From positions 4,890 to 68,889 of the forward strand of contig CAZMNW010000061.1 of NCBI GenBank assembly GCA_964567755.1: a DNA stretch of 64,000 nt, written 5' to 3'. Made by a program: the position numbers and the translations under genes. Shown here in pieces: positions 47,376-56,536 of this stretch. Position 1 is the stretch's first letter. Each line of letters begins with the position of its first letter. The stretch comes from an uncultured bacterium (GTDB lineage Bacteria; Krumholzibacteriota; Krumholzibacteriia; G020349025). The notes below the pieces were generated by a model, which saw only the letters and a program-made list of their open reading frames with translations, was not told the origin of the DNA and searched no databases.

Positions 47376-48782
47376 TCACGGGTTCGGCAGAGATCTGATC
47401 TTCTTCTCGAGGCCGGCCACGGTGCTCTCGCTGTACTGGCCGGGGGGGAGCGACTGGGCCAGCTGCAGCGCGTCTTGCAATGTCGAGCGCGCGGCGCCCA
47501 ACTCTCCCTTGCTGCGGTAGAGGTCGGCGAGAGTTTGCAAGACGCGCAGCTTTCGTGGTCCGTAGATCCTGTCGAGAGCACGACGCGATGCGGCAATGCC
47601 TTTGTCCCAATGCTGCAGCTCCTTGTATGTGACCGCGAGTCGTGCGGGCGGGTTGTAATCATCCGGGAAGTCACGTTCCGATGCTTCCAGCATTGGAATG
47701 GCCCGCGCGGGTTCTCCGAGGGCGATGTACGCCGAAAGTCGGTGCGCGTCGAACACGGTGCGTCCCTCGGCTGTCTTGGCGAGCGCCGCTTCGTGCTCGA
47801 GGAAGCGCGCCCACCGGCTGGCCATGTCGCGGGCTCCGAGGCTGTCGTTGGCATCCGTGCGCGCGTCGACCAACACGGCATAGAGTCCGGAACGGTCGTC
47901 GGCGGCCACGGAAACCTGCGCGTCGTCCACGACCGCACGCGCAGCCGATTCGAACTCCGCGACCAGCGCGGCGCGGTGCGCGTCCTCATGCGGCAACGAC
48001 AGCGCCGCATCCAGGCCGATGGCGGCGACGTTCACCGCCGAGGCGGTCGAGCGCAGTTTCGGCATTGCCGCACGCGCGGTCTCGGTACAGGTCGCGTAGT
48101 CGCGGCTTTCGAATGCGGCGAAGAGGAGGGATTCCGTGGCGCGGGCGTACGCGGGCCAGCCGCGCGGCGCTTTCGCGACCGCCTGACGATAGAACGCCAC
48201 CGCATCATGGTTCTTGCCCTCGCCATACAAGTCGTCCGCGCGCGCGAGGAGTGCGTCGGCGCTCATCCCGGCATCCAGCTTCGCAGCGTCGGGCGCAGTG
48301 CTCGGAACAGGCGGGGTTCCCTGCCGGTGTTGCAGGAGCGCGGCGTGACTTTCGTCGAGCATCGCGTTCAGCTGGGTCACGGTCGCACCCCCCACCCAGC
48401 GCAGGACGACCGTTTCACGATCGGGATCGACAATGAAAAAGGAAGGCAGCGCCTGCACGGCGTACTGCTGGCGGAAGAAAGCGTTCTCGCGCTTCTCAGT
48501 GTCGATCTCGAGCCAGACGAACCGCCCGGCCTGTCGAGACAGGCCGGCATCGGTGAAGACGAAGGCCCGCATCGAACGGCAGGTGTGTCACCAGGGCGCC
48601 CACGCCTCGATGAAGAGCGGCAGCTTGGCCGCCCGGGCTCGTGCCAGGGCGCCTGCATAGTCGTCCTGGATGAACGGCAGCACTTTTTTTGCCGCGCCCG
48701 CCGGTTGCGGCGCGCCGGCTGCCGTTCCCTGACTCGCGAACAACACCAGAAGCAGCGACAGCGATCGCTGGATCCGTGTCAT
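47376..48782 (-). CDS. Exported thioredoxin-fold/TPR protein, probable selenoprotein (UHTC)
   Basis: ORFs 48588..48782 and 47376..48572 are in frame and separated only by TGA 48588-48590 in WAPW-TGA-HTC. Signal peptide; TPR-like helical C-terminus. Confidence 0.8.
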
Positions 48783-48847
48783 GCAGCATGCTACCAGTCT
48801 TCTGCTCACGCAACCAGCCCGCGCTCGGGAGGCGATCGCGCCTGGCT

Positions 48848-49498
48848 TCAAGGCCTGGCGAAGAGCGCCTTGACCTCACCCCAGGTCATCGTTTCCACGG
48901 GCACGGTCGGAGGATCCAGGTCGAACGAAATGAACCAGAAGCCCCCCAGATTCGAGGTCGAAGTCACCGAGCCCGACTGGAAACTAGCCGCGCCGAAGAC
49001 GATGTCCTCAGGCGCATCCGGCAGATCGTGTCCGTTGAGGAGTGTGAACGGCGATTCTTCGTCACTGAACTCGATTGCCAGGATGCCGGTCTCCAAATTT
49101 CCCGGGAAGTTGACCGTCGTGTTCGAGAATCCTGCGAAGTCGAGATAGTCACCGGCACACACACTGTCACACGTGCTCACGCCCAGCAGGTCAGTTGTCC
49201 AAACATGTGATTCGATGGTGATGGTGAACTGGTGCGTGCTTCCGAGGGGAAAGATGAAGCTGCGCTCCGAAGGCCCCGTTTCCACCTCGGTGGCCGCGGT
49301 GGGTACGTACGTGACCCGGCCGCTCACCTGGCTGCCGATGCTGATCCCCGACGGCGGGGATGCCCCGAATCCGCCGACATCGTTGACCGTTCCGGTGAAG
49401 GTGAGCACGACTTCGGCATTGGCCGGCCCCAAAGCGAGAGTTCCGGCGAGCAACGCGCCGGTAAGAAGGAACCAAGAGCGCATTCGCAGTGGTTTCAT
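48848..49498 (-). CDS. Secreted beta-rich protein with C-terminal TWGEVKALF tail
   Basis: AAAGGA RBS; signal peptide; ends PTVPVETMTWGEVKALFARP. Confidence 0.8.
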   Translation of the reverse strand: MKPLRMRSWFLLTGALLAGTLALGPANAEVVLTFTGTVNDVGGFGASPPSGISIGSQVSGRVTYVPTAATEVETGPSERSFIFPLGSTHQFTITIESHVWTTDLLGVSTCDSVCAGDYLDFAGFSNTTVNFPGNLETGILAIEFSDEESPFTLLNGHDLPDAPEDIVFGAASFQSGSVTSTSNLGGFWFISFDLDPPTVPVETMTWGEVKALFARP

Positions 49499-49753
49499 TT
49501 CGGTCCTTTCTGTGGCGTCGACCGTGGCGACCACGAAGATGGAGATTCTCAAACTCTAGCAGAAGGCAATTCCGGCTGGCGTTTCGTCGCCGCCGCTCGC
49601 GAAGTCGCGGTCTTGCGGCCTCATGTCGGCATCGTGATGGTGCGAAAGTGAGCACTTTGCCCCAAGTGAATCCGCCGGCGCGGCGAGACGCAGGTGCCGA
49701 GGAGTCTGCGCCTCGAGACACGCGACGTCCAGGATCAGCGCGAATAGTGAGCC

Positions 49754-51340
49754 TCAGGGTGGCGCGTGGGAGGAATCGCGCGGAACGAAAACTTCGGCGA
49801 ACCCGGGAGTCACGAACCGAGTCTCGTGTCCAGCGATGCGTGCACGCACATCAAAAGACCCCTGCAGCTGGAGAAAGACCTGTTCCTCGGGTTGGCGCAT
49901 TCGGCTCGAGGCGACGTGGTGGACATCGAGCCGCACGTCGATCCGATCACGCTCGGCCGGGTTCAAGTGAGTGGTCCCGGATTCGGACGTGGCTGCAAGC
50001 GTCATCGCCGTCGGCGCGTGCGGGGCGCCACCGGCTGGTGCTTCGCTCCAGTCATATTGCGTCGCTTGCGGCCGAAAGAGTGCGAGCGTGCCCCCACGTT
50101 GCCCAGCGCTGCGGGCTTGCGCCAGGAGCAAGAAGATGCCGGCGCCAGCCGCGCCGGGGCTGTGTGTCGGATGTTCCACCCGGCCATACAAGAGCGCGTG
50201 CTCCGCGCTGCTCGCGGTTCCCCATTCCCAACTGACGCCGCGCCAAGTGCCCCAGTTGTGATCGTGATAGCCGGGAACTTCGCGCAATGTGAGCGTGACC
50301 CCCGGGGCCCGAATGGTGCCCGAAACCCAGGTGCGCAATGCCGGCACGGTGTAGCCCGAGATCCACCGTTCGCTGTCCTGGATGAGCACCGGAGGATAGT
50401 AAAGATCCAGCAGCGGACGAACCGTGAGATCGGCGTACACAGGTCCCCGTGGATCGGTCCACTCCAGATGCAATTGGTAAGCCCCATCGCGAAAGGTGGC
50501 GGTCGTGTGCGCGCCGAAACGCAGATCGACTCCTGCGAGCGAAATGCCGTCGGCTGCGAGCGGCATCTCCGTCCGCAGCTCATGGGCTGGTTCGCCGGGG
50601 CTCACGATCTGCAGGAGTGAAGTCGCGCGACCTTGACCGGCCTCGATGTCGCCGCTCGCGATCAAGCTCACAGTGCCGAAGACACCAGTCGCGGGATCGG
50701 TGAAGTTGAAGTACAGCCATTCTGCCCAGCGGTCGAGGTCGGGGAGAGTGCGCGGCGGCAAGTGGAAGCGATCCATGTCGTTGTACAGCGAGTCGACAGG
50801 TGGATCCACCCACATACGATCCGCGTCATGGTCACGCCAGACGATGCCCTGGCGCACAAATGCCGCCGTCGGGCCGCCGGCCGCGACATCGAGGCTCGGG
50901 ATGAAACCGTGCGCCAGAACCTCGAGAGGGGCCGCCGGCGTGCCTGCAGGCACGGCTAGCCGCGCATACATCACTTTCTCCACCAGCCCCGGCGAGGCGG
51001 CGGCGAATGGAAGGTCGGCATAATCCGGCGTCACGGGCGCGAAGGTCGCCGCGAAGCGCGGTCCCGAGAGCACTTGCCGGAACAGGAAGCGCGCATTGGC
51101 GAGCATGGAGTACATCCCCGTCGGGCCACCGATCTTCATGACCTCGACATCGATGCCGGCGGGAAGGAGCAGGAGGTCGCCGCCGCCGACCAGGTCCTTG
51201 TCGGTGGCTTGCACGAGAACCGCCTCGCCAATGGAGAGCAGGGTGATCATGACACCGACGGCGATGCCGAGACCCAAGAGCAGCATCGCCGTGCGGCGAG
51301 GACGATCGCTCAACGTGCGCAACGCCAACATCCCGATCAT
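49754..51340 (-). CDS. MacB/LolE-type permease N-terminal segment fused to a lipocalin/AttH(CrtC)-like domain
   Basis: RTAMLLLGLGIAVGVMITLLSIG TM1, then a soluble region with AEWLYFNF and GYHDHNWG. No C-terminal TM bundle. Confidence 0.65.
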   Translation of the reverse strand: MIGMLALRTLSDRPRRTAMLLLGLGIAVGVMITLLSIGEAVLVQATDKDLVGGGDLLLLPAGIDVEVMKIGGPTGMYSMLANARFLFRQVLSGPRFAATFAPVTPDYADLPFAAASPGLVEKVMYARLAVPAGTPAAPLEVLAHGFIPSLDVAAGGPTAAFVRQGIVWRDHDADRMWVDPPVDSLYNDMDRFHLPPRTLPDLDRWAEWLYFNFTDPATGVFGTVSLIASGDIEAGQGRATSLLQIVSPGEPAHELRTEMPLAADGISLAGVDLRFGAHTTATFRDGAYQLHLEWTDPRGPVYADLTVRPLLDLYYPPVLIQDSERWISGYTVPALRTWVSGTIRAPGVTLTLREVPGYHDHNWGTWRGVSWEWGTASSAEHALLYGRVEHPTHSPGAAGAGIFLLLAQARSAGQRGGTLALFRPQATQYDWSEAPAGGAPHAPTAMTLAATSESGTTHLNPAERDRIDVRLDVHHVASSRMRQPEEQVFLQLQGSFDVRARIAGHETRFVTPGFAEVFVPRDSSHAPP

Positions 51341-52023
51341 GATTCCGCCTCGATGTGCCCGTCACGCATGCGCAGTCGACGCGATGCGCGCGCCGCGAGC
51401 TCGGGATTGTGGGTCACGAGGACGATGGCGACACCAGCCGCATGCAGTGTCTCCAGCAAGGCAGCGATCTGTGCCCCCGTGGCCTCATCGAGCTCTCCCG
51501 TGGGTTCGTCGGCGAGCAACAGCTGCGGCCGGTTGACCAGGGCGCGCGCGATCGCCACGCGCTGCTGTTCGCCGCCGGAGAGCTGTCCCGGCTTGTGCCG
51601 CAGCCGGTGTGCGAGCCCGACGGTGGTCAGAACCTCGCGGACACGGGCTTCGCGCTCCGCCTTGGGCAAGCGGGCTTCGAGTGCCGGCAACGCCACGTTC
51701 TCGCCCGCGGTCAACATGGGCAGCAGGAAGAAGCGTTGGAAGACGAAACCAAGGGTGCGCAGTCGCAGTTCGGTGCGCATGGCATCGGACGCACCGATCA
51801 TGTCGCGCCCAAAGAGCCGGAGCTCGCCGGAGGTCGGTACGTCGACCGCGCCCAGGAGGTGCAGCAGCGTCGACTTGCCACATCCAGAGGGTCCCATGAT
51901 GGAAACGAACTCGCCCGGCTGCACGCTCAAGTTCACCGCGCGCAGCGCGTGAATGTCATGACCGTCCAGGACATAATCCTTGCGCAAGTCCCGTGCGACG
52001 ACGATCGGATCCGCTGGCTTCAT
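51337..52023 (-). CDS. ABC transporter ATP-binding protein (LolD/MacB-like)
   Basis: GPSGCGKST, LSGGEQQRVAIARAL, LADEPTGELD and VTH. Confidence 0.96.
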   Translation of the reverse strand: MKPADPIVVARDLRKDYVLDGHDIHALRAVNLSVQPGEFVSIMGPSGCGKSTLLHLLGAVDVPTSGELRLFGRDMIGASDAMRTELRLRTLGFVFQRFFLLPMLTAGENVALPALEARLPKAEREARVREVLTTVGLAHRLRHKPGQLSGGEQQRVAIARALVNRPQLLLADEPTGELDEATGAQIAALLETLHAAGVAIVLVTHNPELAARASRRLRMRDGHIEAES

Positions 52024-53225
52024 CCGATCACCTCGCGATGCAACGTCGGCGCAATGCGCAAGCGCGCGACAAGAAACGCCGGATATAAACCGGCCAGCGC
52101 ACCGCACAGCAACAACAGCACGAAGGTTCGCAGCACAGCCCGTGGTGTGAGAACGAAGAAGCTCAAGTCGACGGGAATGCTGGGGGCGCGGGTCAAGATG
52201 GCGTCGAGCCAGAGCGCGATGGCGAGTCCCGCCCCGAAGGTGATCGGGAGCGACAGAACCACCAGGCTCAGACTTTCCAAGAACACCAACGACACCAGGC
52301 GGCGGCGCCGCAATCCGACGGCACGCAAGATCGCGAGCTCGCCCAGTCGTTCGCCGAGAGACAACGCCACCAACGTGCCAACGAGCAACACACATACGAT
52401 CATGCTCACGGTGCCGAGAACGAGAGAAAAAAGGTTGAAATAGGTAAGCTGCCCTTGCACGGTGTCGAGTGCTTCGGCCATCGAGTACGCCTCCACTTCG
52501 GGAAACGTCGAGCGAATCCACGCCGACATCGCTTCACCCGTGCCGGCCGTGCCGGAGCCCTCGTCACGCAAGGCCACGGCGATGAGCGACAAACCATCGC
52601 GTGCCGCTTCGCCGCGCAGGAGCTGTGCCTGCCGCGTGCCGACAGCCAAGCTGCGCTGCGCGCGCAGATCGAAATGGAAGCTCGCGATGCCGCACACCGC
52701 GTAGCTTCGTGGCGAATGGAGCATGCCGACTTGGCTGGTGTACTCGGCGGCCACGAAGACCGTGTCTCCCGGAGCGATCTCGAGGGCATTCGCCAATGCG
52801 CGGCTCACGACTGCTTGCGTGCTGTCGGCGAGATCGGCGCCCTCGACCACGCGCCACAACGCGACCGAGGGCGGGTTCATGCCATAGACGAAGGCGGCCA
52901 CGGGGACACCATTCGGCCTGGCGGCGTACACCGTGCCGCCGACGATGGGCGCCACGTGCGCGACGCGCGCGTCGCCGGCGATCGCGGCCGCGATGCGATG
53001 TCCGTCGGGAAACGTGGCGTCGGTCTCGAACGGCAATGTGCCGCGTGGGGTCACCCGCACTTCGTAGCCGATGTTCTCGAGAATCCGGCGTAAGCTCGCT
53101 TGCAGGCCGCGCGACAGCATTTGCATGTCGAGCAGCAACGCGCCCGCGACGCCGACGCCGACAATGCCGAGCAGCGTGCGCGCACGGTGGCGAAACAAAC
53201 CACGCAGCACCAGGAAGCCGATCAC
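52020..53225 (-). CDS. FtsX/MacB-type ABC permease (complete 4-TM)
   Basis: N-terminal TM, periplasmic domain, ERLGELAILRAVG and three C-terminal TMs. Confidence 0.9.
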   Translation of the reverse strand: MIGFLVLRGLFRHRARTLLGIVGVGVAGALLLDMQMLSRGLQASLRRILENIGYEVRVTPRGTLPFETDATFPDGHRIAAAIAGDARVAHVAPIVGGTVYAARPNGVPVAAFVYGMNPPSVALWRVVEGADLADSTQAVVSRALANALEIAPGDTVFVAAEYTSQVGMLHSPRSYAVCGIASFHFDLRAQRSLAVGTRQAQLLRGEAARDGLSLIAVALRDEGSGTAGTGEAMSAWIRSTFPEVEAYSMAEALDTVQGQLTYFNLFSLVLGTVSMIVCVLLVGTLVALSLGERLGELAILRAVGLRRRRLVSLVFLESLSLVVLSLPITFGAGLAIALWLDAILTRAPSIPVDLSFFVLTPRAVLRTFVLLLLCGALAGLYPAFLVARLRIAPTLHREVIG

Positions 53226-53242
53226 GGGTCACCTGCCAACGG

Positions 53243-54082
53243 TCAGCGGCCGACGCAATCCAACGGATCGCGTCCCACGATGTGCCGCGCCACCAATCCT
53301 CCGGCGAGCAAGCCGGCGACAATCGAAAGCCCGGCCGCGAGGATCACGATCTCCGGGGTGACGCGCGCGAAGACGAGATCGGTGTCGTACCGGGCGCGTG
53401 ACGCCGGGTTGATGATGGCCACGGCGAGGTGCGCCAGACCCATCCCGGCGATGCTGCCCAACAAGGAGACGAGGGCCGAGATGAGAACCACACCACGCAC
53501 GATGGTGCGTCGAGAAATCCCGATGAGGCGCAGCACTCCGAGTTCGCGTCGCAACGATTCCACTTTGAGCACCATGATGGCGACGAGGAACACCAGACCG
53601 GCCAGCATCGACACCAAGCCGATGGCCTTGTGGAACTGTGAAATGACCACGAACGTGGAGGAATTCCGTGCCGCGACCTCACGCGCGCTGTAGGCGCCGA
53701 TGCCGATGCCCATGCCGTTGATCTCGCTGGCGACTCGCTCGGCTTGCAGGGGATCCCGCAGGCGCACTGCGAAACGGTCGACACGATCCATGCTTCCCGT
53801 CAAGCGCTCCAGGTCCGGAAGATGCATCGTCACGTGCAACTGTTCGAAGCCCACCTCGAAAGGATCCGGCGAGGGTCGGACGATGCCGCCGACGACGAAG
53901 CGGCGTGTGTTGCGCATGGCGGCGTCGGCGGCGATCTCCAACGTATCCCCTAGCCCCGCGCCGAGCGCGTCGGCCGTGCGGTCGCTCAAGACCACATCCG
54001 AGAGCGGCATCGTGGCCGGGGCGCTCGCGATGCAGACGCGAGCCATGAGAATGAAAACGAAGAAGATCGCGGCACGGCACAT
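53243..54082 (-). CDS. FtsX/MacB-type ABC permease lacking the N-terminal half
   Basis: Signal-like N-terminus (VCIASA), partial periplasmic domain, RRELGVLRLIG and three TMs. Confidence 0.75.
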   Translation of the reverse strand: MCRAAIFFVFILMARVCIASAPATMPLSDVVLSDRTADALGAGLGDTLEIAADAAMRNTRRFVVGGIVRPSPDPFEVGFEQLHVTMHLPDLERLTGSMDRVDRFAVRLRDPLQAERVASEINGMGIGIGAYSAREVAARNSSTFVVISQFHKAIGLVSMLAGLVFLVAIMVLKVESLRRELGVLRLIGISRRTIVRGVVLISALVSLLGSIAGMGLAHLAVAIINPASRARYDTDLVFARVTPEIVILAAGLSIVAGLLAGGLVARHIVGRDPLDCVGR

Positions 54083-54167
54083 GAGCGTAGCGTACCCGCC
54101 GAGCGAGAGCTGGTGCAACGCCGAGCGGACTTGGGCTCGTGCCCGGCGCTGCAGCGGTTGCAGAGCC

Positions 54168-54941
54168 TCACGCCGTGTGCGTCGACTGGCCGTTGCGCGC
54201 GCCGGCGACCCAAAGGGCGCGGTCGAGATCGATGGCGATCCAGCGCGGGCGCGGCAAGCGATCGACGAAGGCGCGCACGGCGCCACCGACGAGTGCCGCG
54301 GCGGCAGCGGCTGCGTGTGTCGCGGCCTGGTCGGCGCAATCGCCGGCTGCGGCGAGGGCGTCATCGGAGAGCGACGCTTCGTAGACGGAGACATCCTCCG
54401 GATCCGATGGCTGCACCTCGTGCAGGCGCACGAGACCGCGTCCGATGCGCAGATCCAGCACCAGCAAAATGCCTGCATCTCCGCGCAAGCGTTCCCACAG
54501 TTGCCGGCGTGTGGCCATGGTGTCGACGGCGAGCACCACGATCGGCGAGCGCCGCTGCTGTGGGCTCGCGATAAAACTCTCTGCATGCATCTCCACCCGG
54601 CAGCCAGGAACGATGGTCTGCAGCAGACCACGCAGCGCTTTCACCTTCTGCCGCCCCGCCGCCACGTCGCGCCGGCGATACAGCTGCAGACCCTGATTCT
54701 CGGCTCCCAGTCGGTCGCCGTCGTAGAGTCGCAGTTGCAGTCCCAGCATCGCCAGGACGAGAGCGATCTGCGACCCAGAGCGTCCGACTCCGACGATGGT
54801 GACTTCGACATCCGTCAGGTGCAAGGCGTCGAACCCGGCGTCATCCAGCGTCATGAGCTTCTGGGAACGCTCGCGATTCTGCCCCGGCGTGGACGGAACA
54901 TCACCGGGTGAAGTCGTGGATAGTGCGATTCGTTGCGTCAT
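54168..54941 (-). CDS. ThiF/E1-like ubiquitin-like-protein activating enzyme
   Basis: GVGRSGS, YDGDRL..EN...Q.Y, QKVKAL and AVDT..TRR; a single Cys in GDCADQ; no Zn CxxC pairs; GGAGG RBS. Confidence 0.88.
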   Translation of the reverse strand: MTQRIALSTTSPGDVPSTPGQNRERSQKLMTLDDAGFDALHLTDVEVTIVGVGRSGSQIALVLAMLGLQLRLYDGDRLGAENQGLQLYRRRDVAAGRQKVKALRGLLQTIVPGCRVEMHAESFIASPQQRRSPIVVLAVDTMATRRQLWERLRGDAGILLVLDLRIGRGLVRLHEVQPSDPEDVSVYEASLSDDALAAAGDCADQAATHAAAAAAALVGGAVRAFVDRLPRPRWIAIDLDRALWVAGARNGQSTHTA

Positions 54942-55791
54942 CGATTGCCACCTCCGTTGCATCCGGGACATCGAGCCACAGCGACAATCCTTGCGGCACT
55001 TTCCCTTGCCGATCGCCGCGCAGCACCGGGCGCCATTCTTTCGGGCAGGCGTCGAGAGGGACACCGATCACCCGCCGCGACGTTTCCGCCGCGACTTGGG
55101 CGATGAAACCGATTCGCGGCATCAATCGCGGCGGCGCGACGAGGACGACTTCTCGCGCGCTGGTGGCGAGCAGCCCGGCGAGCAGCACCACTTCGCTCCA
55201 TGAGAGAGTCTCGAGGCGCCACAGGCCGTGCTGGCCAAGGCGCCAGAATGGACCTCCACGTTCGCCACGGCATGGCAGATCGAGCCCGCGTTCGCCGATC
55301 CAACGCTCGCGTTGCGGACCCTGAGCATGCAGCACCGGGGGGACGAAGAACGCCTCGCCCAAGCTGCGCAGCCGCGGCGAATGAATGGCTGCCACAGCGG
55401 CGAGGCCCTTCCAAGATCGATCCGGTGCGGCGCCATCCTCGAGCGCCAGATAGGCGCAGGATCGTCCACGCAGATTCGCTTCGTAGAGAAACACACAGGG
55501 ACGGAAGATTGGGAGCAGTGCGTCGAGTGTGTCGGTCGCGCGTCGAGCCTGCGCGAAGCAAGCTGCGGCCAGCGCGGTCTCGAGACAGACAAGATGCTGC
55601 GGGGCGCTATTCGACAGGCCAGGTGCGGCGTGAGATTCCGCCGCCAGACATGCCCCGTGCAATGCTCTCTGTTGAATCTCCACGGCTGCCGCGTCGAATC
55701 GGCCGCAGCTCCACTCGTCCTGGGTTTCGGGTGCGACGAGCATGTCCTGCAATGGCAGGTGAAAATTTCGCCAGAACTCGCGCCACGGCAT
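54901..55791 (-). CDS. Hypothetical protein in the Ubl/E1 operon
   Basis: About 296 aa; starts 19 nt after the upstream stop and overlaps the E1 start by 41 nt. No family recognised. Confidence 0.6.
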   Translation of the reverse strand: MPWREFWRNFHLPLQDMLVAPETQDEWSCGRFDAAAVEIQQRALHGACLAAESHAAPGLSNSAPQHLVCLETALAAACFAQARRATDTLDALLPIFRPCVFLYEANLRGRSCAYLALEDGAAPDRSWKGLAAVAAIHSPRLRSLGEAFFVPPVLHAQGPQRERWIGERGLDLPCRGERGGPFWRLGQHGLWRLETLSWSEVVLLAGLLATSAREVVLVAPPRLMPRIGFIAQVAAETSRRVIGVPLDACPKEWRPVLRGDRQGKVPQGLSLWLDVPDATEVAIDDATNRTIHDFTR

Positions 55792-55810
55792 GGTTGTCCC
55801 CCCCACGGCT

Positions 55811-56383
55811 TCAGTTCTCTCGCAGATACGCGATGGTGGTCAGAAACAGCGTGCGCAGATCCAAGCGATTGAGCGCCCATCCCATGTAGGCGAAGCCGGC
55901 GTCCCCATAGCAGCGTGGCATTGCATCCTTGGTCTGGGATGGATTCGATGCGTCCAGCTCCTGAATCTGAATGCGCCGGCGGCGCAACCCTTCGGGTAGC
56001 AAGAGGATGCGGAGATTGCGGTCCTGGACCTGGCTCGGAGCCACACGCGCTCCCAAACGATCGCGCGCAAACTCGAGAGCGGTCAAAGATCCACCCACGA
56101 GCGGCAACAATGCCTCGAGGCAGCGCGCCGCCTCGGCCAGGGGATCGCGCGTCACCCGACCGAAGAATGCGAGCAACGTCTCGGCGCGTTCGAGATCGAC
56201 GGACATCATCCGTGATGGTTCTCTGGAAGGATCGCGACGCAGAGCCAGGAAGTACTCCCGCCGCTGCCTGACATCCTGAAGTGCAAGCGACGCCTGACAG
56301 GTCAGGATTTGGCCAAGGCTCGCAAGAGCCTGCTGTCGCTTCGGCGGTGGCGGATTGCTTTCGCACACGGTCAAGGTGAACAT
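55811..56383 (-). CDS. Putative prokaryotic E2 (UBC-fold)-like protein with a helical N-terminus
   Basis: AAGGAAGGA RBS; C-terminal strands, then NPS..PRCYGDAG and helix WAL.RLDL..L...IAYL.EN. Family call is inference. Confidence 0.5.
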   Translation of the reverse strand: MFTLTVCESNPPPPKRQQALASLGQILTCQASLALQDVRQRREYFLALRRDPSREPSRMMSVDLERAETLLAFFGRVTRDPLAEAARCLEALLPLVGGSLTALEFARDRLGARVAPSQVQDRNLRILLLPEGLRRRRIQIQELDASNPSQTKDAMPRCYGDAGFAYMGWALNRLDLRTLFLTTIAYLREN

Positions 56384-56480
56384 CGACAGGTCCTTCCTTC
56401 GTAGCCACGGGCCCGAGAGGCCGAGATGCGCAGGCCCAGTACCCACGCGCCGGACGAACTGGCGCGGTGATGAACTGCCG

Positions 56481-56520
56481 GGCGGCGGCGGCGCTGCAGC
56501 GTGGCTGTCGCGCCGCCGCC
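56481..56520. other. GC-rich intergenic hairpin between the Ubl and E2-like genes, no U-tract
   Basis: GGCGGCGGCG (56481-90) pairs with CGCCGCCGCC (56511-20), with an inner GCAGC/GCTGT helix. Confidence 0.6.
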
Positions 56521-56536
56521 ACTCCGGACCTGTCGG

